Part shown: positions 49,647 through 61,317 of the stretch, piece after piece
How positions within the stretch are numbered: position 1 is the stretch's first letter
Layout of the letters: the number at the start of each line of letters is the position of its first letter
Position numbers and translations under genes: made by a program
Notes under the pieces: generated by a model
Database searches by the model: none
Seen by the model: the letters and a program-made list of their open reading frames with translations, nothing else
What the model was told of the DNA's origin: nothing
NCBI GenBank assembly: GCA_028281365.1
Contig: JANQJZ010000005.1
Coordinates: 7,192-71,191 of the forward strand
Origin: Gammaproteobacteria bacterium
GTDB taxonomy: Bacteria; Pseudomonadota; Gammaproteobacteria; Eutrophobiales; Eutrophobiaceae
DNA: 64,000 bases
Reading direction: 5' to 3'

Positions 49647-51587
49647 ATGAAATTATTGGGCATTGATACCGGCGGAACGTTCACGGATTTTGTTTATTTT
49701 GATGGACAAGTGCTGCGCACGCATAAGGTATTATCAACGCCGGATGCCCCTGAGCGGGCAATTTTACAAGGTATCAGTGATTTAAATATCAGTTTATCTG
49801 AAGAGTTACGTATTGTGCACGGTTCAACGGTTGCAACTAATGCTGTGCTTGAGGGTAAAGGTGCCAGGACTGTTTATATCAGTAACCGTGGTTTTAAAGA
49901 TGTCTTGACAATTGGCAGACAAGCGAGAAAGCAACTCTATAATTTAACACCTGAATTAACTACGCCACCTGTCCCATCAAAAAATTGTCTTGAAACCAGC
50001 GGCAGAATTACTGCTAAAGGAGAAGTGCTTGAACCATTAACAGAGGCTGATCTTGAAGAGTTGAATATTGAATTGGAAAAATTGAAACCCGAAGCAGTTG
50101 CAATCAATTTACTCTTTTCTTATATCGATCCCTCGTTTGAAAATAAAATTGCTGACGCAATTGAAAAATCCTGTTTCGTTTCATGTTCATCGAAAATTTT
50201 ACCTGTGTATAGAGAGTATGAACGGGGTATTGCAACCTGGTTAAATGCTTATGTTGGGCCTTTAATGAAGGGTTATCTTAAACGCCTGCAAGATCAGTTG
50301 GGACAATCCGGTGTAAGCGTAATGCGCAGCTCCGGTAACACCTGTAATGCCGGGCAGGCAGGCGATGAAGCAGTCCACTTGTTGTTATCCGGTCCAGCAG
50401 GTGGAATAAAAGCGGCGCACCACCTGAGTAATTATATAGCTACTAGTAACTTGTTAAGCTTCGATATGGGTGGAACATCTACCGATGTTGCGTTAGTGGA
50501 CGGAGAGCTGGATATAACGGGTGAATCAGAAATAGCGGGTTACCCTGTTTGTATACCAATGATTAATATTCATACGATAGGTGCAGGCGGTGGATCAATT
50601 GCTTATATTGATGACGGCGGGCTACTACAGGTTGGTCCCGAATCGGCCGGCGCTTCTCCAGGCCCTGCCTGTTATGGACAGGGCGGTATATCTGCGACAG
50701 TAACTGATGCAAACCTTATTTTGGGACGGATACCGAAAGGCATAAGGTTGGGTGAATCATTGACGATTGATTTTACCAATGCGGAAGTTGCAATAGCAAA
50801 ACTCACAGAACGCCTGGGCCTGGCTTCAGATTGTGAAACGGCTGCTGGCATAATTAAACTTGCCAATGAGCATATGGCACAGGCCTTAAGGGTGATCAGC
50901 GTTGAACGTGGTATTGACCCCAGGGGATTTTGTTTAATGGCCTTTGGCGGGGCGGGTGGTTTACATGTATGCGAACTGGCAGAACAATTAGGTATGACAC
51001 AAGCTGTAGCACCGAACCATGCAGGCGTATTGTCAGCATTAGGGATGTTAGTTGCGAAACCGGGACGTCATATAACTCATACCATAGGCTGTCTGCTTAA
51101 GGACATCGATGAATATCAAATTGAAGAAGAAATAAATAAGCTGACCATTCAAGCCAGGCAGGCGTTAACCAGAGAAGGGCATAATACAGAGAAAACGATA
51201 GATACAACGGCCCTGGATCTCTGCTATCACGGTCAGGCACATACTCTGACGGTGCCATGGAGCGATAAAACAGATTGTGAGAACAGCTTTCATCAATTAC
51301 ATTTATCACGCTATGGCCACCGCCTGGAAACACCGGTGGAATTGGTTAATATCAGGGTTGGCATTGAGCTTGAGCAGGACTTGTCCTTAAACTTTGGAAC
51401 AAACCATGCAACTAATGATTTACAAGTTGATAATCAGGGCTCATTCTTATGGCGTTCCCAACTGGTAGCGGGTGATGTTATTGTTGGCGAGAGGATTATT
51501 TGTGATCCTGATTCAACTATCTGGGTTGCTCCAGGTTGGCAGGCTGTAAAAGATCAATTTGGGAATGTTGTTTTAACGAAACTATAA
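49647..51587 (+). CDS. hydantoinase/oxoprolinase family protein (HyuA-like, A subunit only)
   Basis: 646 aa. N-terminal ASKHA-type motif LGIDTGGTFTD and a second DMGGTSTD motif. Confidence 0.85.
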   Translation: MKLLGIDTGGTFTDFVYFDGQVLRTHKVLSTPDAPERAILQGISDLNISLSEELRIVHGSTVATNAVLEGKGARTVYISNRGFKDVLTIGRQARKQLYNLTPELTTPPVPSKNCLETSGRITAKGEVLEPLTEADLEELNIELEKLKPEAVAINLLFSYIDPSFENKIADAIEKSCFVSCSSKILPVYREYERGIATWLNAYVGPLMKGYLKRLQDQLGQSGVSVMRSSGNTCNAGQAGDEAVHLLLSGPAGGIKAAHHLSNYIATSNLLSFDMGGTSTDVALVDGELDITGESEIAGYPVCIPMINIHTIGAGGGSIAYIDDGGLLQVGPESAGASPGPACYGQGGISATVTDANLILGRIPKGIRLGESLTIDFTNAEVAIAKLTERLGLASDCETAAGIIKLANEHMAQALRVISVERGIDPRGFCLMAFGGAGGLHVCELAEQLGMTQAVAPNHAGVLSALGMLVAKPGRHITHTIGCLLKDIDEYQIEEEINKLTIQARQALTREGHNTEKTIDTTALDLCYHGQAHTLTVPWSDKTDCENSFHQLHLSRYGHRLETPVELVNIRVGIELEQDLSLNFGTNHATNDLQVDNQGSFLWRSQLVAGDVIVGERIICDPDSTIWVAPGWQAVKDQFGNVVLTKL

Positions 51588-51627
51588 CTATTTTGTATAA
51601 TGCAAATAATATGGGGTTTATATAATC

Positions 51628-52809
51628 ATGTTTAACGGTTTAATCGATCTTCCATGGTGGGGATACTTACTTGTTGTTTTGGGGTTAACCCATATTACTA
51701 TTGTATCAGTTACCCTTTACCTGCATCGTTATCAGGCACATAGATCATTAGAGTTACATCCATTAATAAGTCATTTTTTCCGTTTTTGGTTATGGTTAAC
51801 AACGGGTATGGGCACCAGGGAATGGGTCGCAGTACATCGTAAACATCATGCTAAAGTTGAATCCGAGGAAGACCCTCACAGCCCGCAAATAGAGGGTATT
51901 AATAAAGTATTATGGGAAGGAGTAGAACTTTATCGCATAGAAGCAGCAAAACAGGAAACCCTGGATCAATATGGACATGAGACGCCAGATGACTGGATTG
52001 AACGTAATGTATATAGCAAATATACATTTCTGGGTGTGACCAGCATGTTGTTTATTGACTTCATATTATTTGGTTTTCTTGGTGTTTCTATCTGGGCTGT
52101 ACAAATGATCTGGATACCGTTTTTTGCTGCGGGTGTTATCAATGGCGTTGGTCATTGGCGCGGTTATCGAAACTTTGAATCAGCTGATGCTTCAACCAAT
52201 ATTATTCCTTTTGGAATATTGATTGGTGGTGAAGAACTACATAATAATCATCATGCATTCGCCAGTTCAGCCAAGTTTTCAATTAAACCCTGGGAGTTCG
52301 ATTTAGGCTGGTTGTATCTTCGATTATTGAGTGCGTCAGGTTTTGCGAGGATAAAGAAGCTGGCACCCAAACCAATACTTGATAGTGATAACCCGTTAAT
52401 TGACTATGATACAGTCAGTGCGGTAATAACGAATCGCCTGCATATAATGTCAGACTATGCGCGTGAAGTAATTGGAGATGTATATAAACAGGAATTACAT
52501 AAAGCAAATGTCTCGCGTAGAAAACTGTTACGCAAAGGGAAAAAATTAATTAGTCGCGCTGATAATCTATTGGATAAAAACTCCCGGGAACGGTTACAAA
52601 CGGTTTTATCACACAGTGATAAATTAAGTATTGTTTATGAGTTTCAACAAAGCTTACAAAAGATCTGGCAGGAGAAATCCGCAAGTAAAGAATTATTAGT
52701 ACAACAGTTACAGGATTGGTGCCGGCATGCCGAGGAAACCGGTATAGAAGCGTTGGAAGAGTTTGCACTGCGGTTGCGTTGCTATACGCTTCAACCGATT
52801 CCGATTTAA
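51628..52809 (+). CDS. acyl-CoA (delta-9-type) fatty acid desaturase
   Basis: 393 aa. Histidine boxes HRYQAH, HRKHH and HNNHH. N-terminal TM pairs. Size and layout resemble Pseudomonas DesA. Confidence 0.85.
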   Translation: MFNGLIDLPWWGYLLVVLGLTHITIVSVTLYLHRYQAHRSLELHPLISHFFRFWLWLTTGMGTREWVAVHRKHHAKVESEEDPHSPQIEGINKVLWEGVELYRIEAAKQETLDQYGHETPDDWIERNVYSKYTFLGVTSMLFIDFILFGFLGVSIWAVQMIWIPFFAAGVINGVGHWRGYRNFESADASTNIIPFGILIGGEELHNNHHAFASSAKFSIKPWEFDLGWLYLRLLSASGFARIKKLAPKPILDSDNPLIDYDTVSAVITNRLHIMSDYAREVIGDVYKQELHKANVSRRKLLRKGKKLISRADNLLDKNSRERLQTVLSHSDKLSIVYEFQQSLQKIWQEKSASKELLVQQLQDWCRHAEETGIEALEEFALRLRCYTLQPIPI

Positions 52810-52816
52810 ATTATTT

Positions 52817-52972
52817 TTATTTAATCTTTGCTTCTTTATAAATCACATGCTTTCGGACAACAGGATCAAACTTTTTGATCTCCATTTTATCCGGCATGGT
52901 GCGTTTGTTTTTCGTCGTGGTATAGAAGTGACCGGTTTTTGCAGATGAGACAAGTCTTATTTTATCGCGCAT
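52817..52972 (-). CDS. rpmG: 50S ribosomal protein L33
   Basis: Not in the ORF track (51 aa): [51 protein letters not shown]. Lies 9 nt downstream of rpmB. Confidence 0.95.
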   Translation of the reverse strand: MRDKIRLVSSAKTGHFYTTTKNKRTMPDKMEIKKFDPVVRKHVIYKEAKIK

Positions 52973-52981
52973 GATAATTCT

Positions 52982-53218
52982 CTAGATTGATTCGCCACGA
53001 GCACGGATATCTGCCAATACCGAATCGATACCGTTTTTATCAATAATACGCAGTCCTTTTTTGCTGACGCGCAATCTTACCCAACGACTTTCACTCTCAA
53101 TCCAGAATCGTCGTGATTGCAAATTAGGCAAAAAACGCCGTTTTGTTTTGTTATTGGCATGGGAAACATTGTTACCTGCCATAGGGCGTTTCCCCGTTAC
53201 CTGACAAACTTTAGGCAT
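52982..53218 (-). CDS. rpmB: 50S ribosomal protein L28
   Basis: 78 aa. [29 protein letters not shown]... is canonical L28. Confidence 0.96.
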   Translation of the reverse strand: MPKVCQVTGKRPMAGNNVSHANNKTKRRFLPNLQSRRFWIESESRWVRLRVSKKGLRIIDKNGIDSVLADIRARGESI

Positions 53219-53255
53219 GAATAATTCTCATCAATCTTGCTAAAAAAGAGCGCGG

Positions 53256-53284
53256 ATTGTACATAAATTAAGGGGTTGATCCAA
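53256..53284 (-). promoter_or_regulatory. sigma-70 promoter of rpmB-rpmG with GC-rich discriminator
   Basis: The minus strand reads TTGGAT-17 nt-TACAAT followed by CCGCGC, a stringent-control-type discriminator typical of r-protein promoters. Confidence 0.55.
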
Positions 53285-53324
53285 GTGCCTGGAGAAGTTT
53301 TGGCCGGGAATAGCGCTGGAAAAC

Positions 53325-53999
53325 CTATATCAGGCCTCGCTCGGCAAAGGAAACAGCGCCTGAGTCACCAATAATAAAATGGTCCAGAACCCGGACATCA
53401 ATCAAGGCCAGGGTCTTTTTTAATTCCCGGGTCAGATCGATATCTGCCTGACTGGGTTCAGCAATGCCGGATGGGTGGTTATGGGCGAATATAAGCGCAG
53501 CAGCATTGTGTTTCAGGGCAGTCCGGATGATTTCCCTGGCGTGGACCTGGGTACTATCAATCGTGCCGGAGAAATGTTTTTCAAAACCAATCAGGCGATG
53601 ATGGTTGTCCAGGTATAGGCAGGCAAAAATTTCATTTGGATAAGCGCGTAATTTTAGAGTGATAAACTCGCGCGTTTGCTCCGGGTTGGTAAAGGTTTGG
53701 CCGTTTTCAAGTCCTGTTTGCAGATAACGCTTGCCAAGTTCAATTGCGGCCTGGATCTGGACGTATTTAACAATACCGAGCCCTTTTATTTGGCAAAACT
53801 CGTTTTGATCAATCTCGATGAGTTGGCGTAAATTTCGATATTTGGTTAATAGCTCTCTGGCAAGGTCTATTGCTGAGGCACCTTCACGGCCGGTACGCAA
53901 AAAAATAGACAGAATTTCTGCATCAGATAAAGATTCCGGTCCCTTTTTTAGCAGCTTTTCACGTGGTTGTTCGTTTATAGGCCAGTCTGAAATCGTCAT
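53325..53999 (-). CDS. radC: RadC-family (UPF0758) JAB/MPN domain protein
   Basis: The ATG at 53999 (MTISDWPINEQPREKLL...) matches typical RadC N-termini. JAB motif HNHPSG. Confidence 0.9.
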   Translation of the reverse strand: MTISDWPINEQPREKLLKKGPESLSDAEILSIFLRTGREGASAIDLARELLTKYRNLRQLIEIDQNEFCQIKGLGIVKYVQIQAAIELGKRYLQTGLENGQTFTNPEQTREFITLKLRAYPNEIFACLYLDNHHRLIGFEKHFSGTIDSTQVHAREIIRTALKHNAAALIFAHNHPSGIAEPSQADIDLTRELKKTLALIDVRVLDHFIIGDSGAVSFAERGLI

Positions 54000-54088
54000 C
54001 GTAACACTCCCTGTTAACATTAATGTGTGTAAGTACATGCTCAATCTGTACGCCACTGAAGATAATAATAAGGTAAAATTGAGAAATT

Positions 54089-55303
54089 ATGTACCAACTA
54101 AAAGACAAACGAATCCTGTTAGGCGTTACCGGCGGCATTGCTGCCTATAAAGCTGCCGTATTGTTGCGATTATTACGTCAACAGGGCGCTGATGTCAGGG
54201 TTGTTATGACAAAAAACGCAACGGAATTTGTTACGCCTTTAACTTTCCAGGCATTGTCAAACAAGCCGGTCCATACAGATCTACTTGATGTCGAAGCGGA
54301 GACAGCAATGGGGCATATTGAACTGGCACGCTGGGCTGATTTAATTTTAATCGCTCCTGCCAGTGCAAACTTTATCGCGCGTTATGCGAATGGGTTTGCA
54401 GAGGACTTATTAAGTACACTCTGTTTAGCAGCAGATAGTGACGTTGTTATTGCTCCGGCCATGAACCAAAAAATGTGGTTGCATGAGGCAACACAGGCCA
54501 ATATTGACAAGCTTAAGGACCGCAGCGTAATAATTTTGGGGCCGGTTGAGGGTGATCAGGCTTGCGGTGAGATTGGGCCTGGGAGGTTACTGGAACCCGA
54601 AGGTTTAGTTGCCGAGGTTTCCAGGTTATTCCAGACTGATGTTCTGGCAGGTTCAAGGATAATGATTACAGCAGGCCCAACCCGTGAATTAATTGATCCG
54701 GTAAGATTTATTAGTAATCGAAGCTCTGGCCGTATGGGTTATGCGATTGCCAATGCAGCAATAGAAGCGGGTGCAGATGTAACAGTTATATCCGGCCCGG
54801 TGAGTATATCCTCTCCGGATAGAGCAGGTATAAAAACAGTCGTCTCTGCAAATGAGATGCATAAAGAAGTAATGAAATCTATCAATAATATAGATATTTT
54901 TATTGCAACTGCTGCGGTTGCTGATTATCGGCTAACAAATATATCTGAACAAAAGATTAAAAAATCCAGTGACATTCTGGAATTATCGTTAACAAAAAAT
55001 CCTGATATCTTGGCTGAGGTTGCAGCATTAAATAATGCGCCATTTACGGTTGGCTTTGCTGCTGAGACCGAGAACCTTGAAGAAAATGCTCAGGAAAAAC
55101 TTAAATTAAAAAATTTAGATATGATTGCTGCTAACCGGGTGGGTGGTGATATAGGTTTTGATTCAGATAATAATGCCTTAACAATATTTTGGAAGAATGG
55201 AAGACAAGAATTACAAAAAGCATCAAAGGAAAAATTAGCACGCAAACTAATTCACCTTGTTGCAGATCGTTATAATGAAAAAAATACAAATCAAACTCAT
55301 TGA
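54089..55303 (+). CDS. coaBC: bifunctional phosphopantothenoylcysteine decarboxylase/phosphopantothenate-cysteine ligase
   Basis: 404 aa. Flavoprotein N-domain ([10 protein letters not shown]) plus a CoaB C-domain. radC/coaBC/dut synteny. Confidence 0.95.
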   Translation: MYQLKDKRILLGVTGGIAAYKAAVLLRLLRQQGADVRVVMTKNATEFVTPLTFQALSNKPVHTDLLDVEAETAMGHIELARWADLILIAPASANFIARYANGFAEDLLSTLCLAADSDVVIAPAMNQKMWLHEATQANIDKLKDRSVIILGPVEGDQACGEIGPGRLLEPEGLVAEVSRLFQTDVLAGSRIMITAGPTRELIDPVRFISNRSSGRMGYAIANAAIEAGADVTVISGPVSISSPDRAGIKTVVSANEMHKEVMKSINNIDIFIATAAVADYRLTNISEQKIKKSSDILELSLTKNPDILAEVAALNNAPFTVGFAAETENLEENAQEKLKLKNLDMIAANRVGGDIGFDSDNNALTIFWKNGRQELQKASKEKLARKLIHLVADRYNEKNTNQTH

Positions 55304-55757
55304 TCAACGATTGGGAAAAGAATTCCCGTTACCTGATTATGCTACCGAAGGTTCAGCGGGACTTGACTTATGTGCTTGCCTTGGTGATGTGCTTGAATTA
55401 AACCCCGGTGAAACATCATTAATACCTGCAGGTTTTGCCATTTATATAGAAGATAAAGGATATGCTGCAATGTTATTACCCCGTTCAGGATTAGGGCATA
55501 AGCATGGTATTGTTTTAGGTAACCTCACAGGACTGATTGATTCTGATTACCAGGGAGAAATATTTGTGTCTTGTTGGAATAGAGGCAATAAACCGTTTAC
55601 GATTAATCCCGGTGATCGAATTGCCCAGATGATTATCGTACCGGTTGTACAGGCACAGTTTGAATTTGTTGAAGTATTTAATGAGACAAAACGTGGTGTT
55701 GGCGGGTTTGGCCATACCGGTTTGTCGCAGGATATAGAGGAGAGTGTTCATGGTTGA
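55275..55757 (+). CDS. dut: dUTP diphosphatase
   Basis: [32 protein letters not shown]... parallels E. coli Dut. C-terminal GGFGHTG. The ATG at 55275 is preferred over 55257. Confidence 0.95.
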   Translation: MKKIQIKLIDQRLGKEFPLPDYATEGSAGLDLCACLGDVLELNPGETSLIPAGFAIYIEDKGYAAMLLPRSGLGHKHGIVLGNLTGLIDSDYQGEIFVSCWNRGNKPFTINPGDRIAQMIIVPVVQAQFEFVEVFNETKRGVGGFGHTGLSQDIEESVHG

Positions 55758-58314
55758 AGGTCCAACAACTAATCGTCGATTCAGTCGACGGCAAATCAGA
55801 AATGCAATGATTGCAGGTTTTGCATTACTGATTATTGTTGTCATCGGTGGTGGCGGCTGGACTTTATATTCGAAAATAGCGTCCGATTCTGCCAAGGCAG
55901 AACAGCAGGCCAGAGAAGAAATGGCGCGTAATATTGCAAGCCAGATCCAATCCAGTCTGGCAAAAACAGTTTCGCAACTTTCAGATTTGGCAAAATCAGA
56001 ACAGACGGCAGCGTTATTCGAAAATGGTGATGACGAATCGTTGTCAAAAACAGCAGAGGAAAACCAGTCATTATTTGAATATGGTTTAAAGTTACGTTAT
56101 CTAAAACCCGGCGCATATGAGCTTGATAATGCTTCTGTTCCCCCTCTTAGCTATGGTTCATTAGATATGCTTAAAAAAGCAGAAACAAGGAGTAAGGTTA
56201 ATGCAGAAGTTCTTTTATTCGGCTCACCTAATCAGCATATAGTTTTGATTGAACGGGTTGTTGATGAAAGTTTTAAGCTAACAGGCTTTTTGCATTTAAG
56301 TCTTGATATTGCATTGCTTGAATCGTTATTGGCTGAAGTTGATATTCCCGGAAATGGTTATGCCGAATTAGTCCAACGTGTTACAGGTAAAGAGTTAGTG
56401 CTGGGTAAAATAGGTAATACAAATGCCAGACAGGGGGAAGCAACGACCGTTAGCGTTAATGATACTCGCTGGATCATTGCTTATTGGCCCGGGGGCGGTG
56501 TTATTAGCGCTGTAGGTGGAGGAGGATCTTTAGGATTACCAATGGTCCCGATAGTTGTTTGCTTACTTGTTGCGGGACTGGGCGCATTTATATTTATTAA
56601 GATCAGAGGCGGGTCATCATCCACGGATTCGGGTTCGACCTTAACTTATGAAGGCGCTGTCAGGGCAATTGCTGAGGGAGCACATGCCGGTGTTGAGCAA
56701 TTGATTCCACATTTGCCCAAAGGCGAGAGAATTACTGCAAACCTTAAGCCATTATCACAAGGGTTGAATGTTGATGATGCAACAATGATTGCTACTCCAC
56801 CAACTGCACCTTCAAAACCTAAGCCAAAACCAAAACCTAAACCAAAGCCTGCTGCAGAAAAAGTTGAAAACAGTGTACCGGCATCAGAAGCACCTGCAGA
56901 AAAACCTGTCGCAGAAAAACCGGTTCCAGAGAAACCGCAAATTTCTCCAGCTATCTTCAGAGCCTACGACATTAGAGGTGTTGTTGGTAAAAACCTGGCT
57001 GAAAATACGGTTTATGAAATTGGTAGAGCAATTGGGACCAAGGCACATGCAATGGGCCAACAAGGTATTGTTGTGGGTCGTGACGGAAGGACCTCAAGCC
57101 CTGATTTATGTGGGGCTTTAATTAAAGGTCTAAAAAGTACAGGTAGAGATGTTATTGATATCGGCATGGTGCCAACTCCTGTTTTATATTTTGCTACATT
57201 TCATTTTGAAACGGGTAGCGGTGTGATGATTACAGGTAGCCATAATGCGCCCGAGTACAATGGTCTGAAGATCATGCTTGCCGGTAACACGCTTAGTGGC
57301 GATGGAATTAAAGAACTCTACACGATTGCAAAGTCTGGTGAATATAGCAGTGGTCAGGGTGAATTGCGTAATACTGATATTTCCGCAGACTATGTCAGAC
57401 GAATTTCCGAAGATATTCCTGTAGCTTTAGGAAATTCCTTAAAAATTGTAGTTGATTGTGGTAATGGCGTAGCTGGTTTACTGGCACCGCAATTACTCAA
57501 TGCTATCGGTCATGATGTTGTAGAAATTTATTGTGATATTGATGGTAATTTTCCGAATCATCACCCTGATCCCAGTCAGCCCGAGAACCTGCAAAGTTTA
57601 ATTGCCAAAGTTAAAGAGGAACAAGCTGATATAGGTTTTGCTTTTGATGGAGATGGAGATCGTCTCGGTGTCGTTGATGGTGATGGCAATATTATCTGGC
57701 CTGATCGTCAATTGATGTTACTGGCTAAAGATGTGTTATCTCGAAATCAAGGTGCCCAGGTTATTTTTGACGTGAAATGTAGTCGATATCTTAAATCGAT
57801 CATTGAAGGATCAGGTGGTCAGCCACTGATGTGGAAAACCGGTCATTCATTTATCAAAAACAAGATGAAAGAAACAGGTGCTCCTCTTGCTGGTGAAATG
57901 AGTGGACATATCTTTTTTAAAGAAAGATGGTATGGTTTTGATGATGCAATGTACACAGCTGCAAGATTTATCGAAATCTTTGCCAACGCTAAAGCAAAAC
58001 CAACTGATATGTTTGCGGAATTACCGGAAGGAGCTTCAACCCCGGAATTAAGAATGCCATTACCGGAAGAAGACCATGCCGGCTTTATGGATTTATTGGC
58101 TGAGCAACTTGCCGTAGGTAACGCTGATGTTATTGATATAGATGGTTTGAGAATAGAATACAGTGATGGTTGGGGACTTGCACGACCATCAAATACATCG
58201 CCTTACATTATTCTCCGATTTGAAGGTGAATCAGAAGAAGTTTTAGATCGTATCAAATCAGAATTTCGTGCAGCGATCCAATTAATAAAAGCAGATATTG
58301 AATTACCTTTCTAG
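55744..58314 (+). CDS. algC: phosphomannomutase/phosphoglucomutase (AlgC-type) with a ~400-aa N-terminal membrane/periplasmic extension
   Basis: The C-terminal ~455 aa from [12 protein letters not shown] (nt ~56941) carry the catalytic [11 protein letters not shown] loop and FDGDGDR metal site. The N-terminal 400 codons are in frame with no stop and contain two TM helices and a (KP)6 repeat. Confidence 0.88.
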   Translation: MFMVEGPTTNRRFSRRQIRNAMIAGFALLIIVVIGGGGWTLYSKIASDSAKAEQQAREEMARNIASQIQSSLAKTVSQLSDLAKSEQTAALFENGDDESLSKTAEENQSLFEYGLKLRYLKPGAYELDNASVPPLSYGSLDMLKKAETRSKVNAEVLLFGSPNQHIVLIERVVDESFKLTGFLHLSLDIALLESLLAEVDIPGNGYAELVQRVTGKELVLGKIGNTNARQGEATTVSVNDTRWIIAYWPGGGVISAVGGGGSLGLPMVPIVVCLLVAGLGAFIFIKIRGGSSSTDSGSTLTYEGAVRAIAEGAHAGVEQLIPHLPKGERITANLKPLSQGLNVDDATMIATPPTAPSKPKPKPKPKPKPAAEKVENSVPASEAPAEKPVAEKPVPEKPQISPAIFRAYDIRGVVGKNLAENTVYEIGRAIGTKAHAMGQQGIVVGRDGRTSSPDLCGALIKGLKSTGRDVIDIGMVPTPVLYFATFHFETGSGVMITGSHNAPEYNGLKIMLAGNTLSGDGIKELYTIAKSGEYSSGQGELRNTDISADYVRRISEDIPVALGNSLKIVVDCGNGVAGLLAPQLLNAIGHDVVEIYCDIDGNFPNHHPDPSQPENLQSLIAKVKEEQADIGFAFDGDGDRLGVVDGDGNIIWPDRQLMLLAKDVLSRNQGAQVIFDVKCSRYLKSIIEGSGGQPLMWKTGHSFIKNKMKETGAPLAGEMSGHIFFKERWYGFDDAMYTAARFIEIFANAKAKPTDMFAELPEGASTPELRMPLPEEDHAGFMDLLAEQLAVGNADVIDIDGLRIEYSDGWGLARPSNTSPYIILRFEGESEEVLDRIKSEFRAAIQLIKADIELPF

Positions 58315-58332
58315 CGGACAGTAATTATTTAA

Positions 58333-59298
<966 letters not shown>

Positions 59299-59309
59299 CC
59301 AATATTATT

Positions 59310-59900
59310 ATGTCTACTTCTACTAAACTTAATAGACGACAACAAATACTCGAAGTACTGGCAAGAGAATTGGAAACAAATCCGGGTTTACGAATTACCA
59401 CTGCCAGTCTGGCAAGTGCTGTCGGTGTCTCTGAAGCAGCGTTATATCGCCACTTCGCCAGTAAGGCAAAGATGTTTGAAGCATTAATCGACTTCGCTGA
59501 AGAAACGGTGTTTGGCCTTGCCAACAAAATTATAAGTAATGAATCAAATGCGATAATACGTTGTGAAAAGATTATTCAGCTTATGTTAGGCTTTTCTGAA
59601 AAAAACCCGGGCATTACAAGAATATTAATTGGTGATGCCTTGCTTGGTGAAAATGAACGCTTACACGCAAGAGTGATGCAATTTTTTGAACGCCTGGAAA
59701 CTCAGTTACGCCAAATTTTGCGTGAAGCAAACCTGGGAGAGGGACCGCGGTCAATCAGCAATATGGAAGCCGCAGCAAATCAGATGCTGACCCATGTTGA
59801 AGGCAAGATGTCGCAATTTGTAAGAAGTTCTTTTACGAAAAAGCCCACAGATCATTGGGATGATCAATGGGCTGTAATGAAAAACGCTTTATTCAGATAA
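59310..59900 (+). CDS. slmA: nucleoid occlusion factor SlmA (TetR family)
   Basis: 196 aa. ...RRQQILEVLARELETNPGLRITTASLASAVGVSEAALYRHFASKAKMFEALIDF... is typical of SlmA. Confidence 0.88.
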   Translation: MSTSTKLNRRQQILEVLARELETNPGLRITTASLASAVGVSEAALYRHFASKAKMFEALIDFAEETVFGLANKIISNESNAIIRCEKIIQLMLGFSEKNPGITRILIGDALLGENERLHARVMQFFERLETQLRQILREANLGEGPRSISNMEAAANQMLTHVEGKMSQFVRSSFTKKPTDHWDDQWAVMKNALFR

Positions 59901-59907
59901 GTACGTT

Positions 59908-60534
59908 TTATTCAATCCCTTTCAATTTTTTAAAACGCTCAATATCAACAGCGTGCGCTTGTTTAATTACTTCTTGTTCAGCCCTTTTCTCGTCGATAAA
60001 GGCGTTATTGTTATTAATTTGACGCTTTAAAGATTCGATGTCTTTAAGTAATGCTTCTGCAGGGGATTTCCCACTTCTCTCCTGGGCAGCAGCGGAATTA
60101 ATACGTTTGTCCAGGTCCAGTTGAATCTTTTCAATTCTGGTCTGGGTTAGTTTTATCGTTGCCTCGAGCGCAGTAACCCGTTCATCACGCGCCCTTTCAA
60201 TATCTTCAATACTGGTAAAGGTTTCTAATAAAATTCGATCCTGGGTTTTTTTGTCCTCTTCCTTTTGTTTTTCTTCTTCTTCCAGTTTCGCTAAACGTTT
60301 TGCTTCCTCAATTTCTTCCTCTGTTTTGGCGCGTTCCTTTTTATCCCGGACCATCCCGCCTTTGCTCAATTCTTCATGGCCTTTTTGTGCAAATTCAGGC
60401 GGCACTTTGTCACCGCATTCTCTGACGCCTTCGTTATTAGTCCAGCATTTCATCCTGGCATGAACGGTTGCGGAAAGTGTTAAACCGCTTAGGGTAAACA
60501 GGACCAGTAAAGCGTTAATTACTTGCTTGTTCAT
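59908..60534 (-). CDS. DUF4124-like secreted coiled-coil protein
   Basis: The ATG at 60534 has an AGGAGGA SD and gives the signal peptide MNKQVINALLVLFTLSGLTLSATVHA. Cys-containing N-domain (KCWTNNEGVRECGD) then an E/K-rich coiled coil. Confidence 0.6.
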   Translation of the reverse strand: MNKQVINALLVLFTLSGLTLSATVHARMKCWTNNEGVRECGDKVPPEFAQKGHEELSKGGMVRDKKERAKTEEEIEEAKRLAKLEEEEKQKEEDKKTQDRILLETFTSIEDIERARDERVTALEATIKLTQTRIEKIQLDLDKRINSAAAQERSGKSPAEALLKDIESLKRQINNNNAFIDEKRAEQEVIKQAHAVDIERFKKLKGIE

Positions 60535-60595
60535 ATTTCCTCCTGACCGCAATGTTTTTATTTCTATACGAGTATAATATGCCTCTCGTCTCAGA

Positions 60596-61246
60596 TCATG
60601 CCTCAGATACACCATATTTTGATTTATAGGTGTTTATGGCACCTAGATGTTTCTGCAAATCATCATGTTCGGCTAAAAAATTAATAATCTGATCGAGGTT
60701 TACAATACTTATGACTTTGATTTTATGAGCTTGTTCCGTTTCCTGAATGGCAGACTGCTTTCCTTGCCCCTGTTCCTGCCGATCGACTGCAACAACCGCA
60801 GCCACGGCCTTGCCACCACCGGAATTTATAATATCAATGGATTCGCGGATAGAGGTACCGGCAGATATAACATCATCAACAATGAGCGCTCTACCATTAA
60901 TTTGTGCACCAAAAGTAATACCACCTTCCCCATGATCTTTGACTTCTTTCCGGTTGCAACAGAATGGGTAACTTATTTGATAATGATCATGATATGCAAT
61001 GGCCATTGCGGATGCCAAAGGAATTCCCTTATATGCCGGGCCATAGATAAAATCAAATTCCAGGCCGGAATTTCTAACTGCATCTACATAAAATTTACCC
61101 AGGCGTGCAAGACTTTCACCATCATTAAATAAACCACTATTGAAAAAATAAGGGCTGACTCGACCTGATTTCAGCGTAAATTCACCAAAACGCAATACCT
61201 GTTTTTCAATTGCAAACTCGATAAATTCTTTTTGAAATTGTTCCAT
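60596..61246 (-). CDS. pyrE: orotate phosphoribosyltransferase
   Basis: MEQFQKEFIEFAIEKQVLRFGEFTLKSGRVSPYFFN parallels E. coli PyrE. PRPP motif LIVDDVISAGTS. The ATG at 61246 is preferred over 61297. Confidence 0.95.
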   Translation of the reverse strand: MEQFQKEFIEFAIEKQVLRFGEFTLKSGRVSPYFFNSGLFNDGESLARLGKFYVDAVRNSGLEFDFIYGPAYKGIPLASAMAIAYHDHYQISYPFCCNRKEVKDHGEGGITFGAQINGRALIVDDVISAGTSIRESIDIINSGGGKAVAAVVAVDRQEQGQGKQSAIQETEQAHKIKVISIVNLDQIINFLAEHDDLQKHLGAINTYKSKYGVSEA

Positions 61247-61317
61247 GTGCTTCTTAACTATTTGGCAATTAGGTTTCTTGTGTATGATACATTGCAAAAT
61301 AAACAGGGGGTAGTAGT

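Noticed and set aside
56815-56850. Tandem 6-nt DNA repeat (AAACCT/AAGCCA variants) that could be read as a microsatellite/VNTR or a CRISPR-like signal.
   Set aside because: It is in frame within the algC ORF and encodes (KP)6. The repeat units are degenerate at synonymous positions, consistent with a selected low-complexity linker rather than a slippage-prone non-coding repeat. There is no spacer/repeat architecture.
56789-57121. 110-aa Q/N/L-rich alternative-frame ORF within algC.
   Set aside because: It is a by-product of the Pro/Lys-repeat coding region read in another frame, and it runs into the conserved PMM/PGM catalytic domain frame.
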